From Patescibacteria group bacterium (GTDB lineage: Bacteria; Patescibacteriota; Minisyncoccia; Phycocordibacterales; DATDWN01): a DNA stretch of 64,000 bases. The number at the start of each line of letters is the position of its first letter. Position 1 is the first letter of the stretch. The position numbers and the translations under genes were made by a program. Below, piece by piece: positions 57,175-64,000 of this stretch. The stretch lies in the NCBI GenBank assembly GCA_040389125.1, contig JAZKAN010000001.1, forward strand, positions 178,737-242,736, given 5' to 3'. Below the pieces are notes generated by a model, which worked only from the letters and a program-made list of their open reading frames with translations, had not been told where the DNA came from and did not search any database.

Positions 57175-60100
57175 ATGGCATCCAAATTCACCCATCTCCA
57201 CACACATTCGCACTACTCCCTACTCAATGCACTTCCGAAAATTAAGGATTTAGTAAAAGAAGCGAAGAAATACGAGATGACTGCACTCGCGCTCACCGAC
57301 AACTGCAACTTGTACGGTGCAATCGAATTCTACCAGGCCTGTCTCAAGGCAGAAATAAAACCGATACTTGGTATTGATGCGTATGTGGCGTACCGATCTC
57401 GAAATGACAAACAAACGGGGATTGATAAGGAGCGATATCGTCTCGTCTTGCTTGCTGAAAACACAGTGGGCTACAAAAACCTGATCAAACTCGTCACCTA
57501 CGCACACCTCGAAGGCTTCTACTACAAACCTCGTATCGACAAGGAGCTCATGGAAAAATATCATGAGGGTATTATTGCCATTGCTCCGTCATTTTCATCG
57601 GACATCATGCAGGCAATCAAAATGTCGCATCCGGAAAAGGCACTCGAGCGACTACAGTGGTACAAAACTACTTTTGGCGAGAATAATTTTTTCCTTGAAA
57701 TCTCACATCACCCTGAAATAAAAGGTCACGAGGAAAATATGAAAAAACTGGTGGACTTTGCACGAGAGACAAACACACAGATTGTAGCCGCACATGATGT
57801 GTACTATCTACACAAAGAGGACCGACCTGCACGTGAGACACTCATGGCGGTGCAAAACAACGGGGACATTTCTGACAAGATTGAAGCGACAGAAGAAGAT
57901 TTCTCTTTTATCTCGCCGGAAACTGCAGAAAAATATTTCAAAAAACTTCCAGATGCAATCGAAAATTGCGCCAAAATTGTAGAGCGATGCAACATTGATA
58001 TCCCGATCGGCAAGTGGGTACTGCCGAACTATATTGTAGAAAGTGGACTTTCGTACGATGACGAACTGCGTCGTATTACTGAGGAAGGAATATTAAAAAG
58101 GAAACTCGAGAAAACTCCGGAAATAACCGAGCGTATGGAATACGAACTGGAAGTCATTCGTGACAAAGGATATGCACCGTATTTTCTCGTTGTATCTGAC
58201 CTGTTACATTTTGCTCACGACCACGGCATTCTCACTACAATTCGAGGATCGGTTGCGGGATCTCTCGTTACGTACCTCTCTGGAATTACAAACGTGCATC
58301 CACTCGAGTACAACTTGCCGTTTGAACGATTCCTAAACCCTTCGAGACCATCTGCGCCCGATATCGACATGGACTACGCCGACAACCGTCGCGACGAAAT
58401 GATTGACTATGCGAGAACGAAATATGGTCACGACAAAGTGGCACAGATTGGAACATTTGGTACTATGGCTGCCCGCGGTGCTGTGCGAGATGTGACTCGT
58501 GCGATGGGATTTCCATATGGTGTGGGCGATACGATTGCCAAACTCATTCCCATGGGAGCACAAGGATTTCCCATGACAATCGAGCGTGCACTCAAGGAAG
58601 TTCCCGAACTGAAAGAAATGTACAAAGCCGAGGCAGATGTCAAAACGATTATTGATATGGCACAGAAAATTGAAGGTTGTGCGCGACACATCTCGGTACA
58701 CGCCGCTGGTGTGGTGATTTCTCCTACACCACTGACTGACTTTGCACCACTCCAGTACGACACCAAAGGCGATAACAAAATCATTACGCAATACGATATG
58801 CATGCAGTGGGAGAAGACGGTGTAGGACTTCTCAAATTCGACTTTCTCGGCATACGCAACCTGTCGATCCTCGCTGACGCTGTGAAAATCACGGAAAAAA
58901 TCGAGGGTGTACAAGTAGATATTGAAAACGTGCCAGTGGATGATCGAAAAACATTTGAAATGCTTGCACGTGGAGAAACCATCGGACTCTTTCAACTAAA
59001 CGGCGACGGTATGACACGGTCACTCAAGGATTTGAAGCCAACTACGATTCATGATATCAACGTGATGGTGGCACTCTACCGACCGGGACCGATGATGAAC
59101 ATTGAGGAATATATTGCGCGCAAACACGGCAGAAATCCGATTACATATCTGCATCCAAAAATGAAAAACTTTCTTGACCGAACATATGGAGTGCTTGTGT
59201 ACCAGGACGACCTTCTCATGACGGCGATCGAGGTTGCCGGATACACATGGGGCGAGGTGGATAAATTTCGCAAAGCGATTGGAAAGAAAATTCGCGAGGA
59301 GATGGCAAAGCAACATGTAAAATTTGTCGAGGGTTGCCAGAGTCACGGAGGCATGACAGCAAAAAAAGCTGAGGAACTGTGGAATCTGTTTGAACCATTC
59401 CAGGGTTACGGCTTCAACAAAGCTCACGCTGCAAGCTACGGAAAGGTGGCGTATCAGACCGCATACATGAAGGCCAACTTCCCTGCTATATATATGTCTG
59501 CGGTTTTGACTGCTGAAAGCGGAAATGTCGAAATGATTTCAGAAATCATCGGCGAGTGTAAACGAATGCAGATTCCTGTACTTCCGCCAGATGTCAATCA
59601 ATCGTTTGAGGGATTTACTGTCGTGAAAACGACAGTAAACAATACACAGCCTGTGGTCAACGAAACAAGTGATGCAATCCGCTTTGGACTCACTACTATC
59701 AAAAACTTTGGTGAAGGCATTGCACACTCGATCATCGCCGAGAGAAAAGCGGGGGGACACTTTACATCACTAATTGATTTCTTGCGCAGAATCAAAGACA
59801 AAAATCTCAACAAAAAATCTCTCGAGTCACTGATTAAAGCCGGCGCGTTGGACTCATTTGGTGATGGTTCCCCCGACAATCGTGCAACTCTTTTGTTCAA
59901 CCTTGAATATTTACTTGCGTTCAATAAGGAAGAACGAGCAAAGGAAAATGATCAGGATTCCCTATTTTCTCTCATGGCAGAACCTGCCCAGGCGACAGAA
60001 CTGCATTTGCAAAAGGCACCAGAAAGCAATCCGACTGACCGTTTGGTTTGGGAAAAGGAACTTCTCGGACTATATATTTCCGGACATCCTCTCGATAGTT

Positions 60101-60411
60101 TCAGAGATAAACTTGAAAAGCGAGATGTCACAATAAAAAAGTTGAAAGAAACTGGTGTCGAGAAACAACCAGTTGTAATTGGTGGAATTGTTGAAGAAGT
60201 AAAAGCAGTGATGACTAAAAAAGGCGATAAGATGGTGTTTCTCAAAATTGCGGACATGACAGACTCGATCGAGGCGGTGGTATTTCCAAAAATTTTTGAA
60301 GAGTTTCAAGACATTCTGATTCCCGAAAGTTGCATTGTGATCAAGGGCACATTTTCAACACGAAACGGTGGCAAGAGTCTGATGGTGGACAAAGTAAAAG
60401 CACTAGAATAA
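57175..60411 (+). CDS. dnaE: DNA polymerase III alpha subunit
   Basis: PHP HLHTHS, RGSVAGS, PDIDMD, KFDFLG, FNKAHAASY, OB domain. Confidence 0.98.
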   Translation: MASKFTHLHTHSHYSLLNALPKIKDLVKEAKKYEMTALALTDNCNLYGAIEFYQACLKAEIKPILGIDAYVAYRSRNDKQTGIDKERYRLVLLAENTVGYKNLIKLVTYAHLEGFYYKPRIDKELMEKYHEGIIAIAPSFSSDIMQAIKMSHPEKALERLQWYKTTFGENNFFLEISHHPEIKGHEENMKKLVDFARETNTQIVAAHDVYYLHKEDRPARETLMAVQNNGDISDKIEATEEDFSFISPETAEKYFKKLPDAIENCAKIVERCNIDIPIGKWVLPNYIVESGLSYDDELRRITEEGILKRKLEKTPEITERMEYELEVIRDKGYAPYFLVVSDLLHFAHDHGILTTIRGSVAGSLVTYLSGITNVHPLEYNLPFERFLNPSRPSAPDIDMDYADNRRDEMIDYARTKYGHDKVAQIGTFGTMAARGAVRDVTRAMGFPYGVGDTIAKLIPMGAQGFPMTIERALKEVPELKEMYKAEADVKTIIDMAQKIEGCARHISVHAAGVVISPTPLTDFAPLQYDTKGDNKIITQYDMHAVGEDGVGLLKFDFLGIRNLSILADAVKITEKIEGVQVDIENVPVDDRKTFEMLARGETIGLFQLNGDGMTRSLKDLKPTTIHDINVMVALYRPGPMMNIEEYIARKHGRNPITYLHPKMKNFLDRTYGVLVYQDDLLMTAIEVAGYTWGEVDKFRKAIGKKIREEMAKQHVKFVEGCQSHGGMTAKKAEELWNLFEPFQGYGFNKAHAASYGKVAYQTAYMKANFPAIYMSAVLTAESGNVEMISEIIGECKRMQIPVLPPDVNQSFEGFTVVKTTVNNTQPVVNETSDAIRFGLTTIKNFGEGIAHSIIAERKAGGHFTSLIDFLRRIKDKNLNKKSLESLIKAGALDSFGDGSPDNRATLLFNLEYLLAFNKEERAKENDQDSLFSLMAEPAQATELHLQKAPESNPTDRLVWEKELLGLYISGHPLDSFRDKLEKRDVTIKKLKETGVEKQPVVIGGIVEEVKAVMTKKGDKMVFLKIADMTDSIEAVVFPKIFEEFQDILIPESCIVIKGTFSTRNGGKSLMVDKVKALE

Positions 60412-60435
60412 AACTTATTTAAAATATTTTTATAT

Positions 60436-60628
60436 AAAAAGCAAACCCACCTGAAATCAGGGGGTTGATAGAAAAACAGGGAACGGGTGTGTGAGACATC
60501 TCACACGAAGGAACAGGGTGTTATCGGCGCCGATAACGAGGGAAAGAACATGTGCAATGATCTAGGAAGGTGGGAGGGGGAAAGCGACAGTCGCAATCCC
60601 CACCACCGACTTCCAGATTTACCGCACA
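60436..60628 (-). ncRNA. candidate structured small RNA (~190 nt)
   Basis: TTGACA-N16-TATACT, long 5' hairpin, two 8-bp hairpins with repeated pyrimidine linkers, terminator + U5. Confidence 0.55.
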
Positions 60629-60758
60629 AATAAAGTATATTCCACCCAGCAGTATTGTCAAGCAGTTTTTCCAAAGAAAACTGTGGATAACTCTCATGTC
60701 CAAATTTGGCTAAAAATCATTAGATTTTTACAGCTAAATCTGATACTGTGTAGATACT

Positions 60759-62498
60759 ATGGAACAAGACAAATTACAAAAGATACGCCACTCACTCGCC
60801 CATTTACTCGCAGCTGCAGTTTTAGAAATCTACCCAGATACACTCCCTACTATCGGTCCCGCAACCGACACAGGATTCTATTATGACTTCGAATTCAAAT
60901 CCCCTATTTCCGACAACGATTTTGGAAAGATAGAACAAAAAATGCGACAGATCGCAAAAACATGGAAAGGATTTGAAAAAACAGATGTGTCATATGACGA
61001 AGTAAAAAAACAATTTGCCGGAAATCCATACAAACTCGAACTCATCGAGGAAATAAATAACAAGGGTGAGGCAATAACCACATACACATCCGGAATATTT
61101 ACTGATCTCTGTCGCGGTGGACATGTAGACGACATGCATGATGTAGATATGAATGCATTTAAACTCGAGCGTGTTGCTGGTGCATACTGGCGAGGCAATG
61201 AAAAAAATACGATGCTCACTCGCGTGTATGGACTCGCGTTTGAATCAAAAGAAGCATTAGAGGCCTATGAAGTGCAACAAGAAGAAGCACGAAAACGTGA
61301 TCACCGAAAACTTGGCAAGGAAATGAAATTGTTTACGATTTCAGATCTTGTTGGACCAGGACTCCCTCTCATGCAGCCAAAAGGTATGATCATCCGAAAA
61401 GCTATTGAGGATTATTTGTGGGAGCTGCATACAAATAAAGGATATGACCGAGTGTGGACTCCTCATATTGCAAAACAAAGCTTGTACGAAACATCTGGAC
61501 ACGCTGCAAAGTTTGGCGATGAGCTTTTTCGCGTAACTGGAGGTGACGAAGAATTTTTTATGAAGCCTATGAATTGCCCTCATCATATGCAGATATTTGC
61601 TGACAATCAGTTCTCGTACAAGCAGATGCCCGTGCGATATTTTGAACCAGCTACTATTTATCGATATGAAAAAGCAGGACAGCTTGCAGGACTCACACGT
61701 GTTCGAGCAATCACACAGGATGATGGACACCTTTTCTGTCGAGTATCACAAATAGGCGATGAGGTTTCGACTATCGTCAATATCATCAAAGAATTCTACA
61801 CAACCATGAACATGATGGATGGTTACTGGGTGCGACTCTCGACTCGCGGTGACGATAAAAGTAAATACCTTGGTAGTGATGAAGTGTGGGCAAAAGCCGA
61901 GGGGGCACTCGAAGCATCTGCAAAGGAAAATAATCTAAATTATAAAATCGGACGAGACGAAGCTGCATTTTACGGACCAAAATTGGATTTCATGTTCAAA
62001 GACGCAATCGGCCGCGAGTGGCAACTAGCAACCATACAGTGCGACTTCAACTTGCCAGAGCGATTTGATCTCTCATTCACAAATGAAAAAGGAGAAAGGG
62101 AACGACCAGTTGTTATCCACCGTGCAATCTCTGGTTCACTCGAGCGATTTATGGGTGTTATGATCGAACATTTCGGTGGTAACTTCCCTCTCTGGCTTTC
62201 GCCTGTGCAAGTCAAAGTAATTCCTGTGCGTGAGAATCATAATGCATATGCAAAAGATGTGTTTGTTATGCTACGAGATGCTGGTATCCGTGCTGAGTTT
62301 GACGATGCAGACGAAAATCTTGGTAAAAAGGTACGTGGTGCAAAAAATGACCGAACTCCCTACTGGCTCGTAATCGGCGACAAAGAAATCGAAGCAAACG
62401 CAGTCACTCTCGAATCCCGCGACAACGGTCAACTTGGACAGATTTCAAAAGAGGAACTTTTGGAGAAACTGGCGAGTGAGATGAAGAATAAAAAATAA
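60759..62498 (+). CDS. thrS: threonine--tRNA ligase (no N-terminal TGS domain)
   Basis: RHSLAH, DLCRGGH, RDHRKLG, KPMNCPHH, AFYGPK, IHRA. Confidence 0.97.
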   Translation: MEQDKLQKIRHSLAHLLAAAVLEIYPDTLPTIGPATDTGFYYDFEFKSPISDNDFGKIEQKMRQIAKTWKGFEKTDVSYDEVKKQFAGNPYKLELIEEINNKGEAITTYTSGIFTDLCRGGHVDDMHDVDMNAFKLERVAGAYWRGNEKNTMLTRVYGLAFESKEALEAYEVQQEEARKRDHRKLGKEMKLFTISDLVGPGLPLMQPKGMIIRKAIEDYLWELHTNKGYDRVWTPHIAKQSLYETSGHAAKFGDELFRVTGGDEEFFMKPMNCPHHMQIFADNQFSYKQMPVRYFEPATIYRYEKAGQLAGLTRVRAITQDDGHLFCRVSQIGDEVSTIVNIIKEFYTTMNMMDGYWVRLSTRGDDKSKYLGSDEVWAKAEGALEASAKENNLNYKIGRDEAAFYGPKLDFMFKDAIGREWQLATIQCDFNLPERFDLSFTNEKGERERPVVIHRAISGSLERFMGVMIEHFGGNFPLWLSPVQVKVIPVRENHNAYAKDVFVMLRDAGIRAEFDDADENLGKKVRGAKNDRTPYWLVIGDKEIEANAVTLESRDNGQLGQISKEELLEKLASEMKNKK

Positions 62499-62716
62499 TG
62501 AAATTTTCATTCACTCACCATGCACAGTTTCGTATAATGGAACGAGGAATATCGACAGATAATATCAAGAAGGTGCTGCAAAATCCTGACATGCAAAGAA
62601 AAGATGTATATGGTATGATGATTGCAAACAAGAAAATCGGAGCAAAATTTTTGGAAGTAGTGTACAAAACAAAAGGTTCTGAATATATTATAATCACCGC
62701 ATATTATGAAAATTAA
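62498..62716 (+). CDS. DUF4258-like (RelE/BrnT-like) putative toxin
   Basis: FTHHAQFRIMERGI...VVY...IITAY. Confidence 0.8.
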   Translation: MKFSFTHHAQFRIMERGISTDNIKKVLQNPDMQRKDVYGMMIANKKIGAKFLEVVYKTKGSEYIIITAYYEN

Positions 62717-62924
62717 TTACGACAAAACAGCTGACGCTGTCTACATATCAATAAAAAAAGGTGCTGTCAAAAAAACTGCTCGTCTTGCTGATTTAGTATT
62801 AGCTGATCTTGATAAAAATGGCAAAGTCCTTGGAGTTGAGATACTTGGTGCATCTGTGAAATTTTCCAAAAAAACCAAGAGTTTAAAATCAATATTCAAT
62901 ATTCCAGTTTCCATAACTGCATAA
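62706..62924 (+). CDS. DUF2283-like putative antitoxin
   Basis: YDKTADAVYI...D.DKNGKVLGVEILGAS. Confidence 0.85.
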   Translation: MKINYDKTADAVYISIKKGAVKKTARLADLVLADLDKNGKVLGVEILGASVKFSKKTKSLKSIFNIPVSITA

Positions 62925-62959
62925 AAAACAAGCATCTCATTGTGAGATGCTTGTTTTTT
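62923..62959. terminator. bidirectional intrinsic terminator
   Basis: AAAAAACAAGCATCTCA-TTG-TGAGATGCTTGTTTTTT. Confidence 0.85.
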
Positions 62960-64000
62960 ATATATCAATATTTGCCTTGTTGGCATTCGACTGAATAAAC
63001 GACTTGCGAGATGGGACGTCGGAGCCCATGAGAATATCAAACACCTTGTCGGCTGATACTGTCTCACCTACTGTAACTTGTTTTAGGATGCGTCTAGCTG
63101 GATCCATGGTTGTTTCCCATAGTTCCTCTGCATTCATTTCTCCGAGACCTTTGTATCGTTGAACAGAAACTTTAGCGGTTTTTGGTTTGTCGTCTTTTGT
63201 GCTTTTTTTAGTCTTTGCATTTTCATCCTCAGTTTCTTCAGCGTCAGCAGATTCATCTTCGCCACCCACCTCCTCGAGTTCCATGACCTCTGCATTTTTA
63301 CCCACAATCTTGTCTCGCTCCTCATCTGAATATGCGTAGAAAATCTCTTTACCTTTTTTAATTTTGAATAGTGGTGGTTGTGCGATATAGATAAATCCAC
63401 CATCGATAAGTGGTCGGAAAAATCTGTATAGGAGTGTCAGAATAAGGGTACGAATATGCGCACCGTCCACGTCCGCATCCGTTGCAATAATGACTTTGTG
63501 ATATCGAAGTTTTGAAATATCAAACGTGTCACCTATGGCCGTTCCCAGAGCCACTACTAGGTTTTTGATCTGCTCACTTTCGAGCATACGATCGAGACGT
63601 GCTCGCTCGATGTTCAGAATTTTACCTCGGAGTGGCAAAATCGCCTGTGTCTTTCGATCACGACCTGTTTTAGCTGTACCTCCCGCGGAATCTCCCTCCA
63701 CAATAAAAAGTTCACTTTCTGCGGCACTTTTGGACTGACAGTCTGCAAGCTTGCCGGGAAGTGTCATACCCTCGAGAGCGCCCTTGCGGAGCACAGAATC
63801 CTTGGCGGCCTTTGCGGCCTTGCGAGCCTTGAGTGCGAGCACAACTTTGTTTATGATTGCTTTTGCATCGTCTGGATTTTCCTCAAGGAAATATGTAAAG
63901 CCTTCAGAAAATACTGTGTTTACAGAACTCTGTGCTTCTACAGATCCGAGTTTGGCTTTGGTTTGTCCTTCAAACTGAATCTCGCGGAGTTTGACAGACA
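62958..64000 (-). CDS. gyrB: DNA gyrase subunit B, 3' part (starts beyond window)
   Basis: LPGKLADC, EGDSAGG, PLRGKILN, TDADVDG, QRYKGLGEM. Confidence 0.96.
   Translation of the reverse strand, partial: SVKLREIQFEGQTKAKLGSVEAQSSVNTVFSEGFTYFLEENPDDAKAIINKVVLALKARKAAKAAKDSVLRKGALEGMTLPGKLADCQSKSAAESELFIVEGDSAGGTAKTGRDRKTQAILPLRGKILNIERARLDRMLESEQIKNLVVALGTAIGDTFDISKLRYHKVIIATDADVDGAHIRTLILTLLYRFFRPLIDGGFIYIAQPPLFKIKKGKEIFYAYSDEERDKIVGKNAEVMELEEVGGEDESADAEETEDENAKTKKSTKDDKPKTAKVSVQRYKGLGEMNAEELWETTMDPARRILKQVTVGETVSADKVFDILMGSDVPSRKSFIQSNANKANIDI

Noticed and set aside
47036-58995. Long antisense ORFs (47036..47608, 54379..55002, 56559..57125, 58333..58995)
   Set aside because: Shadow frames opposite well-supported genes (rnr, nusB, rnhB and an orphan, dnaE).
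60430-60758. T-box riboswitch upstream of thrS
   Set aside because: No TGGNACC T-box or antiterminator on the + strand; promoter and terminator polarity point to the minus strand.
63172-63290. Acidic/lysine-rich insertion in GyrB as a possible intein
   Set aside because: Only about 40 aa of low-complexity sequence with no splicing motifs, at a position of known length variation in GyrB.
1-64000. Alternative genetic code (TGA as Gly) or prophage
   Set aside because: Conserved genes are full length under code 11 and several end in TGA; no phage structural, integrase or transposase genes were seen.

Overview
Chromosomal segment of a small-genome bacterium, most likely Patescibacteria/CPR (Parcubacteria-like; inferred from gene content, a short UvrC, a 749-aa SMC and a NusB-Nudix fusion). 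It uses the standard code 11, with TGA as a stop. The backbone is mostly housekeeping genes: ddl, uvrC/A/B, tgt, xseAB, a DEAD helicase, ABC systems, msrAB, an ApbE/FMN-binding redox cluster, an ECF sigma factor, lexA, a Pif1-like helicase, trmD-khpA-rpsP, rnr, smc, rnc, nusB, rpmF, rnhB, dnaE, thrS and partial gyrB. There is one tRNA-Ala and two toxin-antitoxin pairs. No integrase, transposase or CRISPR array is visible. The most unusual signal is non-coding. (1) Nine dispersed 115-150 nt folded elements in two families have unrelated outer arms but conserved cores; seven abut stop codons in antisense orientation. (2) Three promoter-to-terminator units lack a credible ORF and are candidate sRNAs. 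(3) Conserved genes look leaderless (-10 box 6-8 nt before ATG), while about 11 stand-alone orphan genes carry Shine-Dalgarno sites and mostly their own promoters and terminators. All calls were made by eye; no searches or folding programs were run.
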